From assembly GCF_022539665.2 (NCBI RefSeq), contig NC_081333.1:12400001-12464000 (forward strand): a stretch of DNA of 64,000 nt, written 5' to 3'. Source of the stretch: Daphnia carinata (lineage: Eukaryota). A program made the position numbers and the translations under genes. The notes under the pieces were generated by a model. That model was given only the letters and a program-made list of their open reading frames with translations. It made no database searches and was not told the origin of the DNA. This document shows, piece after piece, positions 52,858-64,000 of this stretch (its first letter is position 1; every line of letters begins with the position of its first letter).

Positions 52858-53164
52858 ATGGGGAAACTGACGGTATGCTTCTTTTTCTTAAATTTTTCAA
52901 ATGTAGAAATTAATCCAAGTTTCTTTTTTTTTTAAGACCTCCTTGTGCATATTCGGAATGTTGGTGATCCTTGCTAGTGAAGGAGTGAATTCCGGACCGA
53001 TAGAATTAGAGTTCGATCCCGTTGCCACCCTGCCACAACGCGACGCTCGTTTATTTGGGCTCAGAAACAGACTTGAGGAATATAGTCCTTACAATTACTA
53101 CGGGTATGGATATCGCCCTTTCTGGGGAAATTTTGGCGGCTACTTGGGTTTCTTCGGAAAGTAA
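52858..53164 (+). CDS. Small secreted Gly/Tyr/Phe-rich peptide precursor (80 aa)
   Basis: Exons 52858-52872 and 52937-53164 give MGKLTTSLCIFGMLVILASEGVNSGPIELEFDPVATLPQRDARLFGLRNRLEEYSPYNYYGYGYRPFWGNFGGYLGFFGK*. It has an RxxR site and a terminal GK. TATAAA at 52761-52766. Confidence 0.8.
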
Positions 53165-53468
53165 ACCTTGTAGAAAAGCGTAACATAATTTATGAATTTT
53201 GATGTGAACTGCGGTTATTGAATTGTTGCCTTACTACTTAAATTTTATTGTCTTTTTTTAAATCGTAAAACGGTCTGTTTACAGATTCTAATTGCATTAC
53301 ATGTTTGTTTCTATTTACGTTGCCGATGCTGGGTACGTTATCCATCACTGTGCGCTATTTTCCAGTTTGCCTTACGAGTTGCACGAGTGTAGGATTGACT
53401 CTGTTATTGATCGTTTGCTTGTGTTGACTTTAGTTGCGTGATTATCCGGCTGTCTGTTTCAGGGGTTT

Positions 53469-55553
53469 TTATTCGGCTTCCGTCTGAACTCGATAATATT
53501 CCTTCAGCCGCACTGCGTGCGCCCGTATAAAACCTCCAGCATCCACCGGATCGTAGCCCCCATGTGCATCCATTGATACCAGTTCTTGGTTGTACAATGA
53601 ACTCTGACTTTTGCGGCCCAGAATTCTGACTGTCATTGACGAAACATTTTTTTTAAAATGCCGTTACATAGCAAAAGAATTTAAATACCTTGCCCTTTAA
53701 AAAGTGAAACACGGACTGTCCCGTTAACGCATTTCTGAGACGTGTCTACGCACTGGCGAATAAAATCGAATTCAGGACTGAACCAAAATCCGCAGTAAAC
53801 AAGATCTGCCATTTTTTGCTGGAGCTGCTGTTTGATTTTGCGGACTTCCCGATCCATAGTGAGCGCTTCAAGGTCAAGATGAGCGTGATACAAAACAGTT
53901 CCAGCAGGAGTCTCGTAGATCCCGCGTGACTATTTGGGGAATAAATTTTGGATCATCAAGCTGAACAACTTTAAATTAATTAGCATTGCCATATGTGCAC
54001 ATTTACCTTGAGGCCGAGAAATCTGTTTTCCACTATGTCAATCCGGCCGATTCCGTGTCGTCCGGCGATCTCATTTAAACTGACAAAAAGTGCCAATTGT
54101 TCTGTGATCACTGCCTTAGTTTGAATGTTCATTAAGCTCACAGGGTTGCCTGGAAAAAAATTAATTATCTTGCAATGCTGTAGTGCCATTAGACTTAGAA
54201 GTTGGATAGTGACAGGTCGTAAACAAACCTTTGTCAAATGTGATTTCTAAAATAGTTGGATCATTGGGAGCTGTCTCCAATGAGGAAGTCATTTGATACA
54301 ACGACTCTGGAGCTTCCTGGTCGGGGTTCTCTAGAATCCCAGATTCATAGCTAAACACAGGTACGAAAGTAAATCAATAGTTATTCTACTGAAATTGAAA
54401 ATTAGGTCAATAGTTTTTTTTTTTTTGTTCTTTCTAACTTTTGCAACAAAGAAAAAGTCAAAAACCTGATATGCATAAGGTTGGCGTCACAGCTCCATGG
54501 GTTTTTCGGCGTGACGGGTAATGGGATATCATTAGCAGCGGCATATTCAAAAAGTGCTTGTCGACCCACAAATCGTTCGAAAAATTCGGGCAGGCGCCAA
54601 GGAGCAATAATCTGTGAGAATGCCAAAATCGTTTTATTGTATAATTTGTCCCAAAAATATTACGTCATCTCCATCTTTGTAGAAAGTAAATTAGTGATGT
54701 CCGAGTGACGACGATGAAAATACTTGAAAACGTAGAAAGTTAACGTTGCCTTGACTGTAGGGTGGAGCGAGTAACATGCTAGTTCAAAACGAACTTGGTC
54801 GTTTCCTTTGCCAGTTGCTCCGTGCGAAATAAATTTGGCGTTCTCACGAATCGCAGCACGCACTAAACCAGAGGCGATGCAAGGACGGGCAAGACTTGTC
54901 CCCAATAAATACCGATCTTCGTAAATCAATCCGCCTCTAATTGAAGGCCAAACATAGTCGTTCAGGAAACTATCACGTAAATCTTCAATTATAATCTGGA
55001 AATCCCGAAAAAAAAAATTGTCATAAAAAAAATGAGGCCAAGCTCAAGCTGATAACGATAAAGCAACATAAACACGATTTGTCAGCGGTGGTAAGTGTTT
55101 CGATCATTTTGCGTGTCAACCTCTGTCGCGATCGTGAAAACGAATCCTCCCAGATTTGATCAAACGTCCGTTTAATTTATATTTTTTTTTAGTAACAGGT
55201 GTTTTTTTTTACTCTGCCTCGATATCCAAATGCAGTGTGTGACCTGGATTACCTAAACATTCCTCAACAGCATACCACACGATAATAGGAATGCTCGCTT
55301 AACTCACCTTTTTTGCTCCAAGACATGTCGCTTTTGTTTCAGCGGTACTGAAATCTTCTTCTTGTCCTATATTAGCCTTTGTAATTACGAGAGGTAATGA
55401 CACATTTTAATAATGTAGATTACTAATGGAATTTAAGTTCGTCTATACCAGATAGCAAATAACGTCATAGCCTTTCTCAATTAGCCACACTAAAATGCAG
55501 GAAGTATCCAATCCTCCACTATAAGCCAAGATCACACGTTCATTATCAGACAT
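53469..55553 (-). CDS. ASS1: Argininosuccinate synthase
   Basis: [93 protein letters not shown] and [11 protein letters not shown]. Confidence 0.95.
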
Positions 55554-57032
55554 GTCTCTAAAATGACGCACAACTAATGAGTTATTTTTTGTATGTTTGA
55601 AAGGTTTCACAGCGAACACTGTTACATCTGCCCAGCTTCCGAACCTATTGTTTTTTGTTGAGCAAAGTTTTTCCTCGCAGTCAAGCCATGAAAGGCGCTG
55701 TCGGTGGGATCATATCATTAAATGTTTTGTTGTTGTTCTCGAGTTGGATGTAAGACTTCGGTTAGTAGCTTCTCTTTGTTTATTTGCAAGTTTTTCCCAG
55801 CTTACATCTAGAATCACAATAGCGCCCTTTTGTTTTGCCTTTCCATTGTTTTCCCTCGTCTCGTCGTCTATTTTATGACTTTATAATTATTGCGCATTTT
55901 CTGAGCACCTCTTACCTTGTATTCATCTCCTTTTTTCGGGGTTTCGTATTGCTGGGTTAAAAGATTGACTGCTACTGCATAGCTGTTCAGTAATCAGTCA
56001 GGCTTTGCGTAGAAATACCGCAAATTAACGAAGGAAGATGCCACTGTCAATATCAATGCCACTATCATGTCAATGACACGGGACACGGTCACCACAAATT
56101 TAATTCATTAATATCGATATTCTGTTTGCGCAGAAGCAATAATTATCATTCATCTAAACAATAGAATCTGCCTGAAAGTAGATATGGCTTATGAAATCGT
56201 TTTTTTTACCCTGAGAAAATATACTTTGAAGAAAAATAAAAGGGAAGGGACTTGTTCGTGTAACTTGAATCGCAACAGTTAGTTGACCACCGCAGTGTGA
56301 GCGTAATAGTCGCCACAGGACCCTTTGAGTTTACCGGGGTATCCCCCCCCCGGCTCTCATCAGTTACTTGACCCAGACGAATCTAAACCTAGCTGGATGT
56401 TTCTTCCAACGGAACTGCCTCACATAGTCACGTGATTTACCATCATATTCATGCATAGCTCGAATATCACAGTGTGGATGGGGGACCATCCATCACAGAA
56501 ATGATCATCGACAATTCCGCATCTGTCTCCCGTTTCGGCCATCTGGAAGATCAACAGACCTAGCCAACACCATGACGCTTACCACGACTCACATGCAACA
56601 CGGTGGGACCAACTGCTTGTTCAAGCCGGCTGCATGACTAGAATGTCTAATGAAAGGTACTTTGCGATCAGATCTCTCATCCAGCCCTCCTTTCATTCTA
56701 CACTCAGTCGCCTATTGTACTAAGGAAGTATCCTTAGTCACTAGCTTGCCCCGACCCGATAAGAACATGTTTCATCAACGTTAATATACCGTGAAACGCA
56801 GGGTATAAAAGCGCTGCTGCTGAAATCGTCACTATTACAGTCAAAAAGGGGAAGAATATCATTTTGGAGGTACATCAAAGTAAAATGAAACAGTGAACTG
56901 TATTAACAAAATTATATTCCTTTTGTTTGCTGAAACACCAAAAGAATGTATTGATCTCCAGATTTATAAAACGACTTTTAATTTTGAGCACAGTACCGAA
57001 CGCCGTTTGACCCATTTGTGTATAGACAACTT

Positions 57033-58476
57033 GTGCTCCATGGTTGACCGTTTATTTGGCAACTCCGCGAGTCGTCTCGATCATTTTTTAGGTAATTCCC
57101 TTCGCTTTTTTTATTTTATTTAGCTTGCTGTAAAAATAAGCCCGTTCTCCGTGATCAGCAATCAATTTCGAATAGGAACAATGAGAGGAGACAAGGAGCT
57201 AGACTATGGGGTCTGTATCAGATGTTGTAATTTACAACTTAAGATTTTTCTTATAGATGGTGCCAGCAAGCAATGGTGAAACAATAACAAGTGCTTAATT
57301 AATAGCCTGAAAAAGCGGGGTTTTGTGCGAACTCGTGGAAAATTAATTTATAAAAAGGCGGGCTGAAGAAAATCGAAAAATTCGAAAAACCGCTGCAAGA
57401 AAGTGGCATCTAGCGTTAATGGAGATAAGCCGCGAAGTAAACAAACGTCAAGGCCTCGAAATAGGTCAGCCGGCTGCTTAATAACCTTTCACAGCTACGT
57501 GACTATATAAATGACAAAGGTTCGCCTCCGAGAACACACATTATTTTGAAATTTTACTAGTCAGAACTTCCGTTGTTGGTTTTACCTCACTGTTTAGCTT
57601 TTATCTCGTTCCATTCTTGTAGTAATTCGTAGAATTACATAGACCCTAGATCTTTAACTAGTCCAACATTTTTTGTTAACGACGTCCATAGTGAATCGTG
57701 TGATCATAACAATGCATCTTAGCGGTGTTTTTAGAAGATTTAAAAATGAAATTATAAGGAAGTATTATACTTATGCTACTGAACCGTTTCATTCATTGCC
57801 ATGAGCACCAATCACTGCTTCTGCAGAAGATGCCATGAAGGTTGTCAAGTCTGGTGACAACATTTTTGTTCACAGTGCAGCAGCTACTCCATCAAAGCTT
57901 CTAGCTGTATTAGCTAACCATGGAAAGCAAAATAGACAGGAGAGAGTCACAGTATGTCACATCCATATTGAAGGAGCAATGGAGTACTTGAAACCAGAGT
58001 ACAGTGGTAAACTCAACACCTCAATATTCTTGCACTTGTGTTTGCATAAATGGTATCATCTTGTTATTTTTGTCAGGCATATTCCGTGATAATTCCTTCT
58101 TCGTTGGTGCCAATGCTAGGGAGGCAGTCAACACTGGTAGGGCTGATTTCATACCCATCTTTCTCTCCGAGATACCACTGTTGTTTCAGCGGAAGATCAT
58201 TCAACTAGATGTTGCCCTAATCAACGTAAGATAATGACTATTACAACAATATAATGAAAACTTAAGTGAGAATGTTATTTTTAGGTTTCTCCGCCTGATC
58301 AGCATGATTTCTGCAGCTTTGGTCCCAGTGTGGACGTGACGCGGCCTGCCGTAAAAAATGCCAAGTACATCATAGGCCAAATTAATCCAAAAATTCCGAG
58401 AACCTTTGGTGATGGGACAATCCACGTTCCCATTTGGACTGTATCGTCAACGTAGATGAAGAGCTTCCACAAAGAC
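57033..58476 (+). repeat. Segmental duplication, copy 1 (about 1.44 kb)
   Basis: Near-identical to 61760-63203, from gtgctccatggttgaccg to cttccacaaagac, with only scattered substitutions. Confidence 0.95.
57712..58476 (+). pseudogene. Truncated acetyl-CoA hydrolase / 4-hydroxybutyrate CoA-transferase pseudogene (5' half)
   Basis: VKSGDNIFVHSAAATP, FRDNSFFVGANAREAVNTGRADFIPIFLSEIPLLF and PRTFGDG. In-frame TGA at 57802-57804, a 1-nt frameshift near 58428, and truncation at the duplication end. Confidence 0.85.
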
Positions 58477-59022
58477 TAAAATGATTTTAATTGTGAGCAC
58501 AGTACCTATGTATGTGTATGTTGTATTTCCACTTCGCGTTAATTATCTGTCCACCAATAAATAGTAATCAATAAAGAATAATCAATCTACGTACTCCGTT
58601 TTTATCAATAGCGCTATATTGTTAATTTCATTCAATTTTGAACAGTTTAAAGATAAAAAAAAAATACGAAAAACATATTTCACGTGTGTCGCGCCAGTAC
58701 CTGTCAGTATTAGTAACCTGTATCTTAGGTATCCCGGAGGCCTAGCCCTATCAGGGATGCATTAAATAACATATTCTGTTTTTACTTTTCAGAAAGGTTG
58801 TTCAAACATGTTTGAACAACATTTCTAAAAATTGGAACTTTAATAATTCCTATTACTTTTGCAGTACAAAATAACATATAATGACATAGAATAGATTATA
58901 TGTCGAAAACCCACTTCGCAGTGGATGAGATATGCACCCTGTTTAACTAAAGAAGCTGAAGTTATAATGAAAACTATAATTTTACTTATTTGCCTATCAA
59001 AGTTCTGTTACAAGAATCAAAG

Positions 59023-60054
59023 ATGGGCAAACCGAAAACTAATAGCCAAGTCTCTACATCTTCCAGAGTTATACGTACTGTAGTAACTGAACAACAACTG
59101 AAGAACGCACCAACAGTCCAACGCCCAGCTGTGCAGTTGATTTTAACTGAATCGGAAGGGGACCCGGAATCTGACATAAGTACAGACGAAGTAAATGCGG
59201 ATGTTATCTATATAGCTGAAGCATTATTCTATTGTTTAACGTACTACGTAACCCCTGCCGTGCGGACGTTCTTGCGCAGAAAGGAGCTGATTTCATCTAC
59301 AGCTATAAATTGCGACTTTGCTGTTATAATGGAGACATTAAGTTCCAATAATGACACTGATAACACTTTTCTTGTCGAACCTCTCTCCTCCATGGAAATT
59401 CACACTGCAGTCAATGCGAGGAATCAAGTATGCCATTTGAATCTAGCTGAAATGAACAAAAACTGGTCAGACAACTTTTCTGTTTGGATAAAACTTTGTA
59501 AAAGTGTCGGTGATGTACTTAGTGCCACTAACGTGGAGAATGTTCACAACTGCCTCATGGAGGGCCAATATCAGTATGCAGTGGAAGATAAACCATTTTT
59601 TTGCGCGACGGGCACTCATGATGAAAATGCCGCGTTTGGTCTTAGCTGGCTTTTATACAGTTGTTTACTAAGACATGTGGCTCCGTCTCTGCGGAACTTC
59701 TTGATAGAAGTAAAACACCTTCCTTCATCAAGGACTTTGGATGCCTTCGACAACTTGAAATATATCATACAGCAGCAACGAACTGACACCAATTACCTCG
59801 CAGAAGGTGCTTATCGAAGACGTGATGCGACAACGCTGCAGGCTGCTTTTACCGGTAGAAACGCGACGTGTCACGGTAAGTTTTCGCAAGTTTCCGGGTG
59901 TTGTAAAACGTACCTGCAATCGTGGGTAAATATACTAACCATTTTAAACGCAAAGGAAGCTGCAGGAGAGGTTAAGGACGTCTTCAACGCCATCGTCATC
60001 TCTGAGAGATACACAATGGAGATACAGCCGACAATGGTTCTTTTCCCCATCTAA
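59023..60054 (+). CDS. Intronless protein with two internal helical repeats, each carrying RNxxCH (tandem HEPN-like; putative RNase)
   Basis: Open frame 58990-60054, first ATG at 59023. Repeat 1: LFYCLTYYVTPAVRTFL..DFAVIMETL..AVNARNQVCH..WIKLCKSVG. Repeat 2: LLYSCLLRHVAPSLRNFL..DAFDNLKYI..AFTGRNATCH..WVNILTILN. The HEPN assignment rests on the motif only. Confidence 0.6.
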   Translation: MGKPKTNSQVSTSSRVIRTVVTEQQLKNAPTVQRPAVQLILTESEGDPESDISTDEVNADVIYIAEALFYCLTYYVTPAVRTFLRRKELISSTAINCDFAVIMETLSSNNDTDNTFLVEPLSSMEIHTAVNARNQVCHLNLAEMNKNWSDNFSVWIKLCKSVGDVLSATNVENVHNCLMEGQYQYAVEDKPFFCATGTHDENAAFGLSWLLYSCLLRHVAPSLRNFLIEVKHLPSSRTLDAFDNLKYIIQQQRTDTNYLAEGAYRRRDATTLQAAFTGRNATCHGKFSQVSGCCKTYLQSWVNILTILNAKEAAGEVKDVFNAIVISERYTMEIQPTMVLFPI

Positions 60055-60899
60055 CATTATATTTTTTATTTCGGTACACGATTCAACGTAACTCGTTGCG
60101 ACGCGACAATTTTACCTGTTGTGCCAACCGTTTCTCCAGACTATGCAACAATTACTGGTGGCTGTTTACCGACTTCCGTACAAGTAACCGAATATTGAAG
60201 AATACGAACGAGCCCTATTAACCAAAAAAATTATTTTCAGAACCGAAGGTGAATTTTTTTTTAGTTAAACTGCTCGACGCAGTCGACGTCGGTGCGACAA
60301 TGTACTACAAAACATTTCGAACGTTATACAGTAACCGTAAGGTTTTGTTCAAAATTTGTAAATAATCAAAATTCAATGTCGAGTAAAAAGGTTCTGTCCT
60401 TAACTATACGCTCGTGTACAATGTTTTTTATTCAATAAATTCAGCGTAAATGCTTATGCTTCGTATTTGTAAATGTCTACTTAATTCAAAAATCCATCCT
60501 CTTCCGTTCATCCTTTCGCGACTACTACTACGCACCAGTAGTTTTACGGTGGATCAGGTTCACACTGATTGGTGCTTGGACAGCGGGATCATCCCGCACC
60601 CCTATCTAATCTGGGAATCTTTTTATTAACTTACATTTTTAGAGTTATTTCTAGACTTACGTATACTTTCAGAAGCATTAATGCTTTTCGAAATTTAATT
60701 CCTCGTTTTCAAGTCACGACGTTAGATGGCAACTATGCTGTCATTTTTTTACGTCTGCATAGCCTGACAACACACATGTGTGGAGTCCCGTTGCTTTTGT
60801 TGAGATACACTGTTTATGAAACAGTTGATCAGTACTGGTCGTGTATATTTACCAAAATTTTTGGCAGAACCATAACGCAATTTGGTAAGGCATAGTTTT

Positions 60900-61759
60900 T
60901 AAACCGGTTCAATTCCGAATACTGCCCTAGCCCGTTATCTGCCAGTGAAAACAGTGACGACGCTGAAATGGTAGAAGACGAAATTACCATATTCCCTGAT
61001 AATATGCAAAATGAAGCACGTGAACAAGCCGAAGACTGTATCCCTGCATTGGAAACGAACTTTGAGTCTAGTATGGTGACCAATGTACTACCAGAAATCG
61101 AAATCCATGTGCCAACATATCCCGACAATGCAGAATTGAGCTTGCCAACCTTGCCATGTCAACCTGTATGAGAAGAAGTCAATGAAGAAAAGCCAAATTT
61201 GGATTTCACGCTTGCACAAGTTGATAAATCAATACTTCCATTGTAAATCATAATGAAAAAAAAAGTAGAAAACATTGACATCCGGCCTCCCATTATTTCC
61301 TCGTTAACAGTTGAACTTCAAGAAATTGAGGATGCCCCACCCGTGAAATTGGCTTTGGGAAATGTTACCTCGAAATTAGTTCGGAATCAGTAGAAGAAAC
61401 AGTATTGGCAAATCAAGTAAACCCAGTGATCGTTCAAGACATTCCTGTATGTCAGAGTCCTGTTGAATTTATCACCTTTGAAACAAAGACGGCCGAATCG
61501 CAAAATCTTGTTGTCCAAATGGATAGTGCACTTAATTCGAAGACCGAACAAGAAGCTAGTCAACTTGATTTGTTATTACCTCCAGCATCTTTCAGTGAGA
61601 TTCCGCAAAGCGTAACACAAACGGAAGAGATAATTGCAGATTCCGCCGTCAAACGTAACGCAGATTCACGAATCGCTCACGAGAAGACTCAATCTCTAAG
61701 AGACTGGCAAACGATGAAAATAGAAATGGAATCAAAATTAGAAAACGAGAAGAAAAGAA
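60900..61759 (+). pseudogene. Degraded acidic / coiled-coil protein-coding fragment cut by the duplication junction
   Basis: Long E/P/V/S-rich reading frame interrupted by stops (for example at 61169-61171) and a frameshift near 61380. It ends in ...MESKLENEKKRS exactly where duplicate copy 2 begins. Confidence 0.5.
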
Positions 61760-63203
61760 GTGCTCCATGGTTGACCGTTTATTTGGCAACTCCGCGAGTC
61801 GTCTCGATCATTTTTTAGGTAATTCCCTTCGCTTTTTTTATTTTATTTAGCTTGCTGTAAAAATAAGCCCGTTCTCCGTGATCAGCAATCAATTTCGAAT
61901 AGGAACAATGGGAGGAGACAAGGAGCTAGACTATGGGGTCTGTATCAGATGTTGTAATTTACAACTTAAGATATTTCTTATAGATGGTGCCAGCAAGCAA
62001 TGGTGAAACAATAACAAGGGCTTAATTAATAGCCTGAAAAAGCGGGGTTTTGTGCGAACTCGTGGAAATTTAATTTATAAAAAGGCGGGCTGAAGAAAAT
62101 CGAAAAATTCGAAAAACCGCTGCAAGAAAGTGGCATCTAGCGTTAATGGAAATAAGCCGCGAAGTAAACAAACGTCAAGGCCTCGAAATAGATCAGCCGG
62201 CTGCTTAATAACCTTTCACAGCTACGTGACTATATAAATGACAAAGGTTCGCCTCCGAGAACACACATTATTTTGAAATTTTACTAGTCAGAACTTCCGT
62301 TGTTGGTTTTACCTCACTGTTTAGCTTTTATCTCGTTCCATTCTTGTAGTAATTCGTAGAATCACATAGACCCTAGATCTTTAACTAGTCCAACATTTTT
62401 TGTTAACGACGTGCATAGTGAATCGTGTGATCATAACAATGCATCTTAGCGGTGTTTTTAGAAGATTTAAAAATGAAATTATAAGGAAGTATTATACTTA
62501 TGCTACTGAACCGTTTCATTCATTGCCATGAGCACCAATCACTGCTTCTGCAGAAGATGCCATAAAGGTTGTCAAGTCTGGTGACAACATTTTTGTTCAC
62601 AGTGCAGCAGCTACTCCATCAAAGCTTCTAGCTGCATTAGCTAACCATGGAAAGCAAAATAGACAGGAGAGAGTCACAGTATGTCACATCCATATTGAAG
62701 GAGCAATGGAGTACTTGAAACCAGAGTACAGTGGTAAACTCAACACCTCAATATTCTTGCACTTATGTTTGCATAAATGGTATCATCTTGTTATTTTTGT
62801 CAGGCATATTCCGTGATAATTCCTTCTTCGTTGGTGCCAATGCTAGGGAGGCAGTCAACACTGGTAGGGCTGATTTCATACCCATCTTTCTCTCCGAGAT
62901 ACCACTGTTGTTTCAGCGGAAGATCATTCAACTAGATGTTGCCCTAATCAACGTAAGATAATGACTATTACAACAATATAATGAAAACTTTAGTGAGAAT
63001 GTTATTTTTAGGTTTCTCCGCCTGATCAGCATGATTTCTGCAGCTTTGGTCCCAGTGTGGACGTGACGCGGCCTGCCGTAAAAAATGCCAAGTACATCAT
63101 AGGCCAAATTAATCCAAAAATTCCGAGAACCTTTGGTGATGGGACAATCCACGTTCCCATTTGGACTGTATCGTCAACGTAGATGAAGAGCTTCCACAAA
63201 GAC
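61760..63203 (+). repeat. Segmental duplication, copy 2
   Basis: Near-identical to 57033-58476, offset 4727 bp. Confidence 0.95.
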
Positions 63204-63921
63204 CTCCATCAAAAATCAGTTCAATCGAAAACGCCATTAGTCGATTGATTGCCGACAGTCTGGTTGATAATGGGGCCACCCTACAAATGGGTATTTTCTT
63301 TTTTCTTTGTTCGCTACAAAAGTGAGTTCTTTTCTTTATTTCTCAGTTGAATTATCCAGGTATGGGAAATATCCCTGACGCTGTACTTTCGTCGCTAAAA
63401 AGCCATACAGACCTCGGAATACACTCGGAAATGTTTAGCGATGGCGTAGTAGATTTGGTTGAAGCTGGCTGCATTAGCAATAGCCAAAAAAAGATACTAC
63501 CTGGCAAGATTGCGGATAGTTTCTGTCTGGGGTCTCGAAGGCTTTACGATTTTCTTGACAACAACCCATTCATAGGTACTCAATTCGCATACTCACGTAG
63601 AATTCTTTATTAATAAAGAGCTTTCAACATTAACTTGCAGTTATGGGTGACGTCCAATGGGTTAATTCGTCTTCATTGATCGCTCAGAATCCCAAGGTTA
63701 CAGCCATCAATTCGTGCATCGAGATTGATTTAACCGGCCAAGTTGTAAGCGACTCCATTGGAACTAGAATGTATTCTGGTAATACGTTTATCGAAGAGGC
63801 CTTTACTAGAAAATTTTAAGCAGTAATTATGGATTTACTGGGTGTCGGTGGACAGGTTGATTTTCCACGTGGAGCAGCTATTTGTCCAGATGGTGGTAAG
63901 CCAGTTTTGGCATTACCGTGA
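62439..63921 (+). pseudogene. Acetyl-CoA hydrolase / 4-hydroxybutyrate CoA-transferase pseudogene (longer copy)
   Basis: Shares the TGA (62529-62531) and the frameshift (near 63155) with copy 1. Continues DNGATLQMGMGNIPDAVL, HSEMFSDGV, AINSCIEIDLTGQVVSDSIG and GGQVDF. The last acceptor lacks AG (near 63840) and the frame stops at 63919-63921. Confidence 0.85.
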
Positions 63922-64000
63922 CTAGAAAGTTGGTTCCCTAGTGAAATTGCTCAGATTAAGAAGCAATTCGAAAATCAGTTGGCGAGCGAACGGGAGAGAA

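Noticed and set aside
56300..56760. GC-richer patch with a short open frame (…RWDQLLVQAGCMTRMSNERYF…)
   Set aside because: Possibly a decayed element or gene fragment, but no identifiable motif.
57802..57804. In-frame TGA in both CoA-transferase copies as selenocysteine or readthrough
   Set aside because: It lies in the non-catalytic N-terminus, is simply explained by a point mutation such as CGA to TGA, and both copies also carry a frameshift.
1..64000. CRISPR arrays, rRNA, tRNA or intact transposase/RT genes
   Set aside because: None seen by eye; tRNAscan-SE, Infernal and RepeatMasker would be needed to exclude small RNAs and old elements.

Overview
Eukaryotic, gene-dense genomic DNA with many 60-80 nt GT-AG introns. 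The gene content and architecture suggest a branchiopod crustacean such as Daphnia (inference, not searched). Conserved genes, left to right: an orexin/allatotropin-receptor-like GPCR (+), an arthropod secreted CUB-like protein (-), a FATP/SLC27 acyl-CoA synthetase (+), pumilio (+), FIP1 (-), XAB2/SYF1 (+) and argininosuccinate synthase (-). Less obvious content: (1) five small spliced genes for secreted peptides, mostly missed by the ORF track. Four have a signal peptide, an acidic pro-piece with a DLxxA-type motif and an Arg/Tyr/Gly-rich tail ending in Gly; several lie near NF-kB-like sites, making them candidate antimicrobial or immune peptides. (2) A pair of equal-length, probably mutually exclusive exons in the FATP substrate-pocket region. 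(3) Two alternative C-terminal exons in the GPCR. (4) A rearranged right end, where a duplicated 1.44 kb CoA-transferase pseudogene segment brackets an intronless ORF with two RNxxCH (HEPN-like) repeats, a candidate single-chain tandem-HEPN RNase. All exon boundaries were read by eye and no database searches were run.
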